Source of the DNA: Octopus bimaculoides
Taxonomy: Eukaryota
Assembly: GCF_001194135.2 (NCBI RefSeq)
Contig: NC_068984.1
Location: 60,551,011 to 60,597,260 of the forward strand
Reading direction: 5' to 3'
DNA: 46,250 nt
The notes under the pieces are model-generated. The model was not told the DNA's origin, searched no databases, and saw nothing but the letters and a program-made list of their open reading frames with translations. This document shows positions 1 to 13,118 of this stretch, piece by piece. A program made the translations under genes and the position numbers. Position 1 is the stretch's first letter. Every line of letters starts with the position of its first letter.

Positions 1-38
<38 letters not shown>

Positions 39-130
39 GTATGTATTTATACATGTGTGTGTGTGTGTGTGTTGTGTGTGTATAACAAGTAATGTTCGTA
101 ACCAGAGAAATTTTAGAACTAGCATTTTTG

Positions 131-165
<35 letters not shown>

Positions 166-719
166 ATGTATATATATACATATACATAAATAAATACACA
201 TATATATCTACATACACATGCACACATATTCAAACACACCCACATATATACATATATTTATAAACATTCACACACACTTGTATGTATGTATTTGTATAAA
301 GAAAACTGGAACTTCTGTTTTTTCATGTTATTTATGTATGAATATATGGACGGGCACTGAAAAATGAAAATAAGTAAACAGAGGGGGTAAGATGAAAAAC
401 AACATGCAAACAGAGAAACAAAAACCATATGGAATGGCAAGAAATCTGGACCAAATCATTGATGGATGAGTGTTCTGGTTTCTGCTGACTAATTTTCTTG
501 CTGTGCAACTTGAGAACATGCAGCTAGCAATTTGGATAAAATCTTGAAGGATCTTATTCTCTGGAACTATTTGATAAATGAGAGGAAAGAAAAAAAAAAA
601 ACCATTGAGGCTTTGCTGCCCAGTGTATGTGTATTCAATGGATGTTCATGAATAATTTCTTTGGATAATGGCTGATGTTGTTATAGCTGTTTAGCCCAAG
701 GTCAGTCCTGAATAGCAGA

Positions 720-1065
720 GCATCATGATCATGATCATCATCATCACTATTTAAAGTCCATTTCCCTTGCTGGCATGGGTTGGACGGTTTGAGTGAAAAC
801 TGGTAAGCTGGGGAGCTGCACCAGGTTCCAATCTGATTAGGCATAGTTTCTATAGCTGGATGCCTTTCTTAATGCCAACCACTCCAAGAGTGTAGTAGGT
901 GTTTTTTATGTGCCATCATCACGAGTACCAGTTATGTAACACCAGCATCGGCCACGACTAAGATCTCACTTAGGTCTTTTCAAGCATGGTATATTTCCAA
1001 AGGTCTTGGCCACTTGTCACTGCCTCTATGAGGCTCAATGTTCAAAGGGTGCTTTTGAAGGAAAG
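720..1065 (-). mobile_element. SINE-like retroelement family A, diverged copy
   Basis: Antisense match to family A copies at 9726/12749/21234: (CAT)n tail, then ttcccttgctggcatgggttggac...gtttctatagctggatgcctttcttaatgccaaccactcc. Confidence 0.7.
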
Positions 1066-1104
1066 TATTTCTTGCCATGGTTATTCTTTCTGTTTGTGTA
1101 TCTA

Positions 1105-1430
1105 GGGTGAAGGCATGTGGCTTAGTGGTTAGGGTAACCAGCTCATGATCATAAGACTGTGAGTTCAATTCCCAGCAGCGCACTGTATTCTTGAGGAAGA
1201 CACTTTATTTCACATTGCTCCATTCCACTTAGCCGGCAAAAACGAGTAGTACCTATATTTCAAAGGGCCAACCTTATCACATTCTGTGTCATGCTGAATC
1301 TCCTTGAGAACTATACTAAAAATATGCATGTCTGTGGAGTGCTCAGCTAGTAGCACATTAATTTCATGAGCAAACTGTTGTGTTGATTGGATCAACTGGA
1401 ACCATCATTGTCAGAACTGATGGATTGCCA
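1105..1430 (+). mobile_element. tRNA-headed SINE: head H plus CORE-like segment plus family C 3' tail
   Basis: Pol III A/B-box-like head (tggcttagtgg...gagttcaattcc) as at 15863-16121 and 22335; the 3' part (gtctgtggagtgctcagc...ggatcaactggaacc) matches the tails of the family C copies at 3710 and 26463. Confidence 0.75.
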
Positions 1431-1544
1431 GTTTGTATATCTAGAACTTATCCTTTTCATGTCAAAAGCATTTTCATAAGTTTGTCTTAAATGCCGATGC
1501 TTGTTTTCTGGCTTTTAGCTAGTCCTTGTTTCATGCCTTCTGAG

Positions 1545-2009
1545 TTATCTTTTATCATCTACTTGTTTCTGTCATTTGACTGTGGTCATGCTGGGGCACC
1601 ACCTTGTGGAATTTTAGTCAAACTAATCAACTTCAGTACTGACTTCCTTTTTAAATTTGGCACCTATTTTATCAGCTCTTTTGCCAGACTGCTAAGTTGT
1701 AGTGACATAAACACACCAACACACGTTGTCAAGCAGTGGTGAAGGACAAACACGGACACAAAGAGACAGACAAAGTGACAGAAAGACAAACACACACACA
1801 CACACGCACGCACCAACACACACACGCACGCACCAACACACACACACAGCAGGCTTTTTTCAGTTTCTGTCTACCAAATCCACTCACATGGCTTTGGTCA
1901 GCTTGTGGCTATAGTAGAAGATGTTTGCCCAAGGTGCCATACAGTGGGACTGAACCCAGAACCATTTCATTGGGAAGCAAGCTTCTTACCACACAGCCAT
2001 GCTTGCACC
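1545..2009 (-). mobile_element. tRNA-headed SINE family B, near full length, with internal (CA)n
   Basis: Antisense of tggctgtgtggtaagaagcttgcttcccaa...tgggttcagtcccact; right half matches 28584-29060 and 45808-46215. Confidence 0.85.
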
Positions 2010-3510
2010 ATCATACATAAAGTTTTTTTCATAAGTTGTCTGGTGGTTTATAAAAATATGCATCATAGCTAATGCTTAGACACTAAGGAAATATGTCCTA
2101 GGACAGGCAAAGAGTTAAATATGAGAAAGTGAGATTTGAAAGAGATTTAGCTGATGTTTCTAGTAAGTTGAGAAACTGTTTAAAATCTCCTACACTGGAG
2201 TCAGCTTTATTAATTGTTCTTCCTGTTTAAGATGGTAAGGCGTGAGTATTGTTTCTAGCAAAGTAATTGACCATGTTGAAATTGACTCATTGGGGAGGGA
2301 TTTGGTGATATTGTGCAAGTTTGTGGTTGAAATGTGGGTGTGAGTTCAAGTTCTGTCTGCCATTCTTTACTTAACTTTCTGAAACATGGGACACCATATA
2401 ATGGTCATAGATTTATATTAGTATTGTATCTAGTATTATAGTTGGAGGGTCACAGTATTTAAGTACATCCTACTCTAGAATGCGATAATTGAGTGCAGCT
2501 GTATGGATGCTAACAATTTGGCATGGCTGACTGGTCATTGAACCTGCTTTGGTGACGGTTATTATTAACAGTGCAGACAACATAAGCATGCACACATGGA
2601 CACACACACACATGCACACATGTACATGCATGCAAAAATATACATATGCAAATAGAGAGAGAGAAAGAGAGAGATTACAATTTACTAACTGAGCATAGCT
2701 GACATAAACACTAAAATATTGTACCAGTGATGCCGTGAATTTTCATTGGTGTGGTCACTAATTTAACGTGAGTGTTCTGTGATTTAATGTATGAAGAGTA
2801 TTTGTAAGATAGTCCATTCCAGTGTGCTTTTGATAAGCGTGTATAAATAATGTCAGAAGGCAGTTAATTTACGATGAAACATTGTAAACTTTATTTAAAT
2901 AAGATGAGTGCTGGCAAGCAGTAACAATGATTAATCTGCATGTTTAGGTGAATCATCTACATGTGTATGCGAGGCAGGAAAAATCTCATAACTTACTTTT
3001 GCACACAGAAGGGTTATATGAAAACCGTTGTAAGCTAATAAGAACAAGAATGTACCTCTCATTTTGAGGCAGAGTTGTAGTTGATATCATTCAAGTGAGC
3101 TGCATGAAGTTGATGGTGAACACAAAAACTCTGGCATGTCAAAGGAAGAGATGTTACTGCAAGGCTGTCTTTTCACCAACTCACTTGAAACTGCCGCTTC
3201 ACTGCTAAGGCAGATCACTGCTATTTGTATTCATACACATCCAGCCCTGATTGGAAGGAGTCTGCCACAGCACAACTGAACTATGCCATGATGACAAAAT
3301 AGGTCTTTCCTGACTCGCTAATAGTTAAAAACCAAACCACAGCAACATGCAGTACAACCTCAGATTTATTAGCATGCTCAAGTATGTCTCCTACAACAAC
3401 ATCAACAATAACAACCAGAAGAATATGCCAGTAGTTTCTGCAATGTTAACAACATTAGCAACATCAAGGATAAGAACTAAAAGTAATACAATGCTAGCAT
3501 CATTAGCATT

Positions 3511-3609
3511 GTTGACCTTGGCAGAATTTGAACTTAGAACTTGAAGATGGATGAAATGTAGCTGAGCATTTTGCCCTGTGTGCTAATGATTCTGCCAGCT
3601 CACTACCTT
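3511..3609 (-). mobile_element. SINE family D, 5' fragment
   Basis: gttgaccttggcagaatttgaacttagaac...gattctgccagctcactacctta is the antisense of the head at 19453. Confidence 0.7.
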
Positions 3610-3709
3610 AATCTGAAGAAATATTAAATCAGCAAAAATAACAAATACAACAATATAGGAATTACAATAACAACAACAACAACAGATAGCAAAATTTAGC
3701 AGCAATAGT

Positions 3710-4090
3710 TGTTGGTACTCCGTCGCTTACGACATTGAGGGTTCCAGTGGATCGATCAACGGAACAGCCTGCTCGTGAAATTAACGTGCAAGTGGCTGAG
3801 CACTCCACAGACACGTGTACCCTTAACGTAGTTCTCGTGGATATTCAGCATGACACAGTGTGACAAGGCTAACCCTTCAAAATACAGGCACAACAGAAAC
3901 AGGAAGTAAGAGTGAGAGAAAGTTGTGGTGAAACAGTGCAGCAGGGTTCACCACCATCCCCTGTTGGAGCCTCATGGAGCTTTAGCTGTTTTCGCTCAAT
4001 AAACACTCACAATGCCTGGTCTGGAATTCGAAACCGCGATCCTATGACCACGAGTCCGCTGCCCTAACCACTGGGCCATTGTGCCTCCAC
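3710..4090 (-). mobile_element. tRNA-headed SINE family C, full length, with TSD
   Basis: A box (tggcccagtgg) and B box (ggtttcgaattcc) on the minus strand; colinear with 26463-26854; direct repeat agcagcaatagt at 3698-3709 and 4091-4102. Confidence 0.9.
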
Positions 4091-4189
4091 AGCAGCAATA
4101 GTAATAGAGTAGAAAATTGAATTGTCTGAAGGTAGAGCCAGATGATGGTGATAGACATTAGTACCAGCAACAGCAATAACTACAAGCAT

Positions 4190-4680
4190 CACTGGTACTA
4201 ACAACAACTGCAGGGAAACATGCTAGAACATCGTTATCATCATCAAAAATCAAGAACAACAACAACAACAACCAGCATGGCAGCAACACCAAAAGCAGCA
4301 TTATCATCACTGGCAAGAAAGAAGAAGAGAAAGAGGAACAACAACAACAGCAGCAACAGCAGTAGCAACAATGACATCAACAACAGCAGTCAGAAAAGAG
4401 AAAATATATCAAAAGGTATTTAAAGGAGAATGAAAGAAGAAAGTAAGAATATAGAAAGGAAAGAAGACGTAAGAAAGAGAGGAAGAAGCAGAGAAGAAAG
4501 AACAAGAAAGGAAGAAAAGAAGGAAGATGAAAAAGGATAAAAGAGGAAAGGAAGGCAGAAGAAAGGAAGAAATAAAGAAAGGAAACTAAACATTGTTTAA
4601 AGGAAAGTATTAAACTACAACAGCAGCAACAACAACAACTACTGCTGCTGCAGCTACTACTACTACTACTACAGGATCAA
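4190..4680. repeat. Low-complexity (CAA/CAG)n tract and purine-rich GA tract
   Basis: Direct inspection; explains ORF 4220-4423. Confidence 0.85.
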
Positions 4681-4749
4681 AGATATCACTCAGAAAATTG
4701 AATGAAGTTCTAAAAATTATTGTTGATCATTTTCTGTTTGTTTTGATTG

Positions 4750-5080
4750 TTTGTATGCATGTGTGTATGTATGTGTGTGTGTGTGTGTGTATGCATGTAT
4801 GTGTGTGCATGTGTGTGTTCTTTTTTTCTCTCCTTTAATGCCTGTTGTGTAATCTGTTAATTGCTTCTAGTACATTAGACTTCCATTCATTTAGTGTCTG
4901 TATATGCAGGCAAATGAGCATGTTTATGTGTAAATGCATGCATACATGCATATATGTGATTGTGTATATATATATGCATTCATGCGTATACACAGGTAAG
5001 TATGTATGTATGTATGTGTGTGTGTGTGTGTTGAATACACATGCATGCACTAACACACATATATATACATATATATGTAG
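4750..5080. repeat. Compound (TG)n/(TA)n/(TATG)n microsatellite
   Basis: Direct inspection. Confidence 0.9.
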
Positions 5081-5779
5081 GTGTACAAATGAAAGAAAAG
5101 AACACTCAACAGATCATGAACTTAAATACTTGCATTAACTTGACTCAGAGTTGTTTTAGCACCCATCAATACTAAAGGCATGTCTAATCATCCAGATGCT
5201 TAATACTAAGTGATGAGATGGTCAGAGCTTCTGAAGAAGGCTGGTTATCATTGGAAGATGAGGGTGGACTAATTTCATTGGTCAGTTCAGGCTATATGGT
5301 TTATTTTATATCTCAACAACTGGTGACACCTGTTAGATTGATCTGCAACTCTGGTTCAATGGATAGAATTACTCTCCTTTTCTTAGAAATTTCAGTGAGA
5401 TTAAAGATTTTAGTAAAATTGATGGAATGGGATTAACAGCTAATGGCTCGAAATTAACTAAAAGCAGGCACCATTGATGGTAGTAAAATAATGGTTCAAT
5501 TTTGTTATAAATGATACAGGAGTGGGTGGAGTTTTCTCTGGCCTAAGACCTGAAAGTGTGGATATGATAAATGAACATTCCTTTAAAGTTATTGGTTGTA
5601 AGTCCCAGATATTTCGTTCCTGAAATCAGGGCTAAGTGTCATGCTATTGACCATTACCTTGGACACGTTATATTTTTGCAGTTACTAAGTGGGTGACTGT
5701 GGTAAAGCTTGCATGAATGTATGCTAACGCTAAAGAGTAGCAGCATGTGAATTATATGAGTGTTACTTGTTACAAAAAA

Positions 5780-5990
5780 TATGCTAGAATTGTTCAAGTA
5801 TCAGCAGGATTGCTTTGTAGTATTTCTTCTGGCTCTTTACTTTCTGAGTTCCAATCTCATTAAAGTCAACTTTGTCTTTCATTTCTCTGTGTTGATAAAA
5901 TAAAGTACCAATCTAGTACTGGCTTTGATATAATTAACTAAGTCCCCTTCCCTTCAAAAGTTCTGTCTTTGTGCCTAAATTAGAAATTAT
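5780..5990 (+). mobile_element. SINE family D, diverged copy
   Basis: ttctgagttccaatct...aagtcaactttgtctttcat...gataaaataaagtacca matches the family D body. Confidence 0.65.
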
Positions 5991-7294
5991 CAATGGCAAG
6001 TTGAATGACTACAAATTTCTGATGGCTGTGGTTCAGGAAATATATGCACTAGTGTATAATCCAACTAAGTATATAAGACAACTCCAGAATTTTCTTTGAA
6101 AATGTAGGCTTTGTGCTACACTCACTGTACAAGTCTACCTGGCAACATTTCACCCATGAAGCAATGGTTGAGATGTGTGTGAAGCAGAGTCCAATGCCCC
6201 AACTGTTGGAACAGTGTCCTTATAACCTTGTTATTTTCTTTATTACCAGAAATATGTTTTAATATATGTTGAATTCAAAATCTCAACACTTGTAACATAC
6301 TTATCACAGCCCTCTAAGCTTTACAAGGCTTACACAGAGCTGTCTCTGAAGGGCTTGTAATCCACTGCTATATCTAGTGATGCTGGGGTTTTACAATAAC
6401 TGGAGATTAATTGTCACCCGGAGAGAGTGCTGCTGCTTATGACAGGGTTGACAATTTGGGCTTTTCAAGAAACTCCACCTTCAAATGTTACAAAACTCTG
6501 GGAAATGTAAGGTTTTTTTTTGCGATTTGCCTATTACAGGATTTAATCTGTAAACAGTGGTAGGAGCATGCAAGCTATGCAAGTGTTTTATACTCTTCTA
6601 CATTGCTATTGGTAACACTCCAAAGCACAGCTTATTTAAAGTCCTGATTTTATAATTGATTAATTATTCGTAGGGGCACCCTGTTCTCTTATGCAACCAC
6701 AATATACTACAAAGTATATTAAACACTTTATAAGTCACGACATTGCTGGCTATAATTTCTATAGAAAATCTGTAGAAATAACCTTAATGTGTTGAGATAA
6801 CCTTATGATGATACCTAGTTTTGGGGTGAGTTCTTAAGGTTCAAATTCCATTCTGTACACCAACATATATGGTATAATTTATGTTATTAGTGTTGTCTTT
6901 GTATAGTCACGAGGCAGCCCTGTATGAATTGATCTTTGATTTGAGATATTTCTGCTTTGACCATACTGTCTTTTTCTTTTGTTATCTATAATCATATTGT
7001 TACATGTTTTAAGATGGCAAGTTGTGATTTAAAAAAAAAATTGACTGCTATTTTTAATTAGTTGAGCAACCATATAGTAATCTCCCTTAACTCATTGAGG
7101 TAAGGTTTCTTCATAGTTGTTGGAGGTTGTTGTTTTCATCAACAGATCTCTGTTCTGTTCATCATTACCATCATCATGTCATCATCATCATCATCATCAC
7201 CCCCACTATCATTCTCATTGTCATCATCAATTATCATCATTACTTTCAATGTTGTTGCTATTATAACCAACATCTTCATCATTATTGTCATCAT

Positions 7295-7460
7295 CTCTGA
7301 GTGGTTGGCGTTAGGAAGGGCATCCAGCTGTAGAAACTTTGCCAAATCAGATTGGAGCCTGGTGTTGCCATCTGATTTCACCAGTCCGCAGTCAAATCGT
7401 CCAACCCATGCTAGCATGGAAAGCGGATGTTAAACGATGATGATGATGATGATCAGTATT
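7295..7460 (+). mobile_element. SINE-like retroelement family A, 5'-truncated
   Basis: ctctgagtggttggcgttaggaagggcatccagctgtagaaac...ccatgctagcatggaaagcggatgttaaac(gat)n; 14-bp palindrome CCATGCTAGCATGG before the (GAT)n tail. Confidence 0.9.
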
Positions 7461-7525
7461 NNNNNNNNNNCCATGCTAGCATGGAAAGCGGATGTTAAAC
7501 GATGATGATGATGATGATCAGTATT
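7406..7525. other. 55-nt duplication across a 10-N gap (probable assembly artefact)
   Basis: 7406-7460 is identical to 7471-7525; the same 55-nt length occurs at 13760-13879. Confidence 0.8.
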
Positions 7526-8424
7526 GTTATTGTTATCATCATTATCCATGCCATCTTCAATGTCGTCGTCGTCATCAATATCACCATCATTATCATCATC
7601 ATCATCATTGTTGTCATCATCACCACCACCACCATTCTCATTAGTATCATCAATTTTTATCATAATTTTCAACGTCATTGCCACTCTAAGCATCATCTTC
7701 ATCATTATCATCGTCGTCGTCGTCGTCGTCGTCATCATCATCATCATCATCATCATCAGTACTGTCATCATTAGTACTGTCATCATCATCATCGTCACCA
7801 TCATCTTCATTGCTATTGTCATCATCACCACCATCATCATTATTGCTTTCATCAGTGCCATCGTCATCATCATCAGCATCATTATTATTGTTATTGTTGT
7901 TACCAACACCTCTATCTTCATCATCATCATTGTATTTTACTATCATTGTCATCATCACCATTACCATTATATTCTATCATTATCATCACTTTTGACAACA
8001 GTGTTATCAGAATTTTACATCAGTGTCTCCTCCTCTTATTGGTGCAGGTAGAGAGAGATACTGTACTGACAATGACAGAGGCAGTGTCATCGGTTTGTAT
8101 TTAAGTGAGAAAGAAAAAAATAAAATCTGTTACTATTCAGAGAACTATCACTGTTAAAAGCAACATCTAGCAATCCAACAAACGGCAGAAAAAAAAAAGA
8201 TAAGTAGCAAATAATAAAACAATTGAGCAACACAGTAAGTAAAAAAAAAAAAAGAGAGAATAGTGCACCCTCCACCTACCAAATTCCTCCACTAAAAAAT
8301 AATATGCGCTTACATCAGCAGGAACAAAGACAAGGAGAAAATTGATGAAAGACTTAAAGAAAGAAACATATTTTGATCAAAGTTTTGTGTTGAAGAACAT
8401 ATAGATTTTAGAAATTACTTAATA

Positions 8425-8648
8425 TATATGCATGCATGTATACATGCATACATACATACATGTGCATGTGTGTATATATATATATGTATATATCTATATG
8501 TATATATGTGTGTATGTATATATGTAAATGTATATATGTATGCATATACACACACACATATGTATGTATATATATATATGTGTGTGTGTGTGTATACATA
8601 TGTTTATATGTATACATATAAATACTCATTCACACATGTATAGCTAAA

Positions 8649-8697
<49 letters not shown>

Positions 8698-8726
8698 CTA
8701 TATATATATATGCATGTATATGTGTG

Positions 8727-8811
<85 letters not shown>

Positions 8812-8941
8812 ATGCATGTATATGTGTGTATATACACACACATGCACACACACATACATATGCATATATACATGTATATATGTTTCTGTATGAGTGTGTG
8901 CATGCATGAGTGTGTGTGTGTGCATGCATTATATATATATT

Positions 8942-8984
<43 letters not shown>

Positions 8985-8985
8985 T
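8425..8985. repeat. Compound (TA)n/(TG)n/(CT)n/(CTAT)n microsatellite
   Basis: Direct inspection. Confidence 0.95.
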
Positions 8986-9360
8986 TGTGTATTGTATCCT
9001 GAAGAGAGGAGAAAAAATTTGAAGAAGAGAAAAATGTTATAGTAATGCTAAAGTAACTGATAACATGACCGATCTTCTTCTATTTTACGTTTAATTCTTT
9101 ATTTTTCGTCTAAGCATTATCTATCATTCGATGTAACTGTCTCTCTCTGCCTGAAGCAGTCCTACAAACAAACGAGATGATGTATCACATTGATAAGGTA
9201 AAATATGCAATATCTGTCCTTTATGTTGTTATGTTGAAACTACATTTCAAAACTTAACGAATTCCTCATCATTCTCCTCCTCTCTCCCTCTCCCGCTCCC
9301 CTCTCTGTACTCACACACACATGCACCAGCATTCACACACATGCATACATGCTCACATAC

Positions 9361-9653
9361 TCTTTTTACTCTTTACTCTTTTACTTGTTTCAGTCTTTTG
9401 ACTGTGGCCATGCTGGAGCACCACCTTTAGTCGAGCTAATCGACCCCAGGACTTATTCTTTGGAAGCCTAGTACTTATTCTATTGGTCTCTTTTGCCGAT
9501 CTGCTAAGTTACGGGGACATAAACACACCAGCATTGGTTGTCAAGCGATGTTGGGGGGACAAGCACAGACATAAAAACACATACACACATACATATATAT
9601 ATACATATATATGACAGGCTTCTTTCAGTTTCCGTCTACCAAATCCACTCACA
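9361..9653 (-). mobile_element. SINE family B, 5'-truncated
   Basis: tttacttgtttcagtc...gccatgctggagcacc...ggggacataaacacaccagc...tttcagtttccgtctaccaaatccactcac. Confidence 0.85.
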
Positions 9654-9694
9654 CAACCACACAACCACTCCTACGCCTATATATATGCAGGTGC

Positions 9695-9725
<31 letters not shown>

Positions 9726-9726
<1 letters not shown>

Positions 9727-9908
9727 CATCATCATCATCATCGTTTAACGTCCGCTTTCCATGCTAGCATGGGTTGGACGATTTGACTGAGGACTGGTGA
9801 AACCGGATGGCAACACCAGGCTCCAGTCTGATTTGGCAGAGTTTCTACAGCTGGATGCCCTTCCTAACGCCAACCACTCAGAGAGTGTAGTGGGTGCTTT
9901 TACGTGTC
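9726..9908 (-). mobile_element. SINE-like retroelement family A, young copy, cut by gap
   Basis: Reverse complement of 12749-12942 with 2 visible substitutions. Confidence 0.92.
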
Positions 9909-11070
9909 NNNNNNNNNNNNNNNNNNNNNNNNNNNNNNNNNNNNNNNNNNNNNNNNNNNNNNNNNNNNNNNNNNNNNNNNNNNNNNNNNNNNNNNNNNNN
10001 NNNNNNNNNNNNNNNNNNNNNNNNNNNNNNNNNNNNNNNNNNNNNNNNNNNNNNNNNNNNNNNNNNNNNNNNNNNNNNNNNNNNNNNNNNNNNGCACACA
10101 TATACACTCACACAACACACATGCACACCTGCACAGAAGTACATATACATATTATATGTTATATATGATACAGTATATATTATCCTTTAATATGTTATTG
10201 GAAGCTGAAGTTTCCTGAACTACAACTCAGATTTTTCCATTTGTTCAAAATAATTGAAAAAAACTGTATTAAACTCAAAGAGGAGGAAATAGCAGACACA
10301 ATAAGATTACTCTGTTGTTTCTTGCATTAACCTTCTGAGTTCAAATTCCTTGAGGTTTTACAAAGCAATATAATCTGGTCAAGCTACTTCGTTTTATTGC
10401 ACCTTTCCTGTTTCGCAGCCTTACATTCATCTGTTCATTTCTTCTACATCCAATTTCCTATGCTTGCATGACTTGGCAAATGTGTTGTTTGATGCATTGT
10501 TTAACAAGTGGATGCACTTACTTGACATTAATTCTTATCTGTTTTAGAAATAAGGGATCATTTATTCTACATGATTTCAGACAATGAATTGCGTGGGCAA
10601 TTTGTTGACAGCAGAGATTGACGCTAACACTACAGGCTGCACTTTCATACAAATGATTGAAGATGTAAACAAACACCCAAACACACCTGCACACATACAT
10701 ACACACACATGCACATGCACACACACATACACCAGGAAAAAAGATCTTCATTCCTTCAGGTTTTAATTTTTCCATGTGTGAATAGGTCAGATGAAATCTC
10801 ATGAGGCAGATTTTATATGGCTGGATGCTTTTCTGTTGCCAACCTTCACCTGTTTGCAATTATGGTAATGTTTACCCATGAGCAGCACAATAGCTGGACA
10901 TATTTCCTTGAAATTTTATCAACAAATGGCAACAGTTTTATGATGGCGATTATTTGTTTATAGTTAGTGCATAATGTTAAGACAAAAAGACAAAAACATA
11001 CACACACTTATGTATGTATTTGCACACACATACACACACACACACACACACATATATATATTTATATATA

Positions 11071-11232
11071 GGCACAGGAGTGGCTGTGTGGTAAGAAGCT
11101 TGCTTCCCAACCACATGGTTCTTGGTTCAGTCCCACTGTGTGGCACCTTGGGCAAGTGTCTTCTACTATAGCCTTGGGCTGATCAAAGCCTTGTGAATGG
11201 ATCTGGTAGACAAAAACTAAAAGAAGCAAGCT

Positions 11233-11237
<5 letters not shown>
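11071..11237 (+). mobile_element. SINE family B left half followed by (TA)n and a gap
   Basis: ggcacaggagtggctgtgtggtaagaagcttgcttcccaaccacatggttcttggttcagtcccactg...aaagaagc. Confidence 0.88.
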
Positions 11238-11269
<32 letters not shown>

Positions 11270-12129
11270 NNNNNNNNNNNNNNNNNNNNNNNNNNNNNNN
11301 NNNNNNNNNNNNNNNNNNNNNNNNNNNNNNNNNNNNNNNNNNNNNNNNNNNNNNNNNNNNNNNNNNNNNNNNNNNNNNNNNNNNNNNNNNNNNNNNNNNN
11401 NNNNNNNNNNNNNNNNNNNNNNNNNNNNNNNNNNNNNNNNNNNNNNNNNNNNNNNNAGTGACCGGTGACCATATCCCCTTCTCTCGCCTACCCAATGAAA
11501 TACATCTAAATTTACTTCTTGTTTCTCTAAGAACAGACATAAACTTCCTGTTGACAACTAAAGAGTATAAAACCCACAGAATTGTCTTCCTTTACCCACA
11601 CTTCCTGTTTTGACACCACACTTCCTGCTTAACACAAACTTCCAGCCCCCTTTTTTTAAACACAACACGACTCTTTATTCCATGCATCCTAATCTTTCTA
11701 ACAATTATCTACATGGATTACCATTGAACTTTAAAAGCTCAAAGACAGTACAATGTATTGGTATATTTATTTTTTTATATATTATTTATTATTTTTTTCG
11801 TAAAAAACATTTTCATTCTCCCTCTTCCTGAAAATTTGTCATGCAATGAAAGCCAGTTAGAAATCCTTTTTAATCCTCCTTATACACATCTATATTAAAA
11901 TATGCTTTTAGTTTAGCATTCTGCCCTATTATTATTTTTTATTTTCCTATTATTTCTCCACGTGCGGTTAACAAAACCCCACCATTTACTGACTTATATA
12001 TATATATATATTTGTGTGTCTGTGTTTGTTCTCCCTCCATCACTTGACAACTGATGTTGTGTTTACATCCCCATAACCTAGTGGGTTGGCAAAAGAGACC
12101 GACAGAATAAATACTAGACTAGCATTCGA

Positions 12130-12330
12130 ATCTATTAACCTTCTATATATAAGTTGTAAGCTAACAAACATTGTAAATTGTAAATCACAAATATCATGTG
12201 AATTTTTAGACTGTTCCTACTAACATTCTCCATAAATGGATTCACCTTACTTTAATTATTTACTACCTTCAATTATCAGCAATCCAACTGTCTTATATGA
12301 TTAACCAGGTTTAACCCGAAATTTGAGTCC
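12130..12330 (-). mobile_element. Possible Penelope-like element relic (GIY-YIG endonuclease region)
   Basis: Minus-strand translation gives IIEGSK*LK*GE...KFT*..VIYNLQCLLAYNLYIEG, which fits the spacing of the PLE motif FTC-x(n)-VIYxLxCxxCxxxYIG with stops and frameshifts. Confidence 0.4.
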
Positions 12331-12748
12331 TCTATTTTATTTTATTTAGTTTTATTTTTACAAATATTTTAAATTTCATTTTCATTTGCACAAATGTTTT
12401 ACTTCCCAACTTTTTCCACTTCACAAAGCCTTTCTGTATCCTTGCAAACTTTTTTAACAATACTAAAAATATAACATATGACTTCAAGTTCTGTAAGTAG
12501 GAGTTATTTTAAGCTTTCTCAATTTTTAAATTATTTTAATTGATTTATTTGTACCTCTGATGAGAGAAATGCAACTATTTGTATCAGCTGGAAAACTTGC
12601 CCAACCAAACACATTCATTGAAATGATTATAAGGTTTTGTGATACTGCTTTATGTTGAATTTTTTAATGTATTTTGTATTCCCATGATAAAGGAACTTGA
12701 CCCACGAAAATCTGTCATCCACTTTGGTTTTTGTATAAAATATATATG

Positions 12749-12942
12749 TGACACGTAAAAGCACCCACTACACTCTCTGAGTGGTTGGCGTTAGGAAGGG
12801 CATCCAGCTGTAGAAACTCTGCCAAATTAGATTGGAGCCTGGTGTTGCCATCCGGTTTCACCAGTCCTCAGTCAAATCGTCCAACCCATGCTAGCATGGA
12901 AAGCGGACGTTAAACGATGATGATGATGATGATGATGATGAT
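12749..12942 (+). mobile_element. SINE-like retroelement family A, young 5'-truncated copy
   Basis: Full family A 3' module with (GAT)n tail; candidate TSD atatatatg at 12740-12748 and 12943-12951. Confidence 0.92.
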
Positions 12943-13118
12943 ATATATATGCACATACACTTATATACATAGATATGTATATATATATGTGTGTGTGTGT
13001 GTGTCCATCCCCACATGTATGCAAATAACACTAAAAGTACATTCTCTCATGAACCTGCATGCACACTCACCGTAGAAAAAATCCCATATATATCTACACT
13101 TACATAAACAAATTTATA

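Larger units (their letters stand above)
7139..7990. repeat. Degenerate (ATC)n trinucleotide tract interrupted by a family A SINE
   Basis: CAT/ATT/CGT triplet runs; source of the poly-I/S/D/M ORFs at 7139-8051. Confidence 0.9.

Noticed and set aside
3090-3280. About 60-codon open stretch on the plus strand (ELHEVDGEHK...)
   Set aside because: No recognisable family, convincing start or donor site; probably an old repeat.
7406-7525. Apparent tandem duplication of a SINE 3' end
   Set aside because: Exact 55-nt duplicate on both sides of a 10-N gap; the identical length at 13760-13879 indicates unmerged contig overlap.
7139-9042. Long ORFs rich in I/S/D/M/Y/H/T (e.g. 7430-7930, 7524-8051, 8710-9042)
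   Set aside because: They translate tri- and dinucleotide repeats that lack stop codons; no domain or codon structure.
9784-9810. CTGAGGA-ctggt-GAAAC in the antisense of family A
   Set aside because: Five nucleotides cannot form stem II and stem III does not pair; treated as coincidence.
10522-10664. Possible 17-nt minus-strand and 84-nt plus-strand exons
   Set aside because: Splice-like signals of this quality are common in AT-rich DNA; peptides unrecognised; plus-strand donor weak.
12556-12600. CTGATGA...GAAAAC near the PLE-like relic
   Set aside because: Stems II and III cannot be built convincingly.
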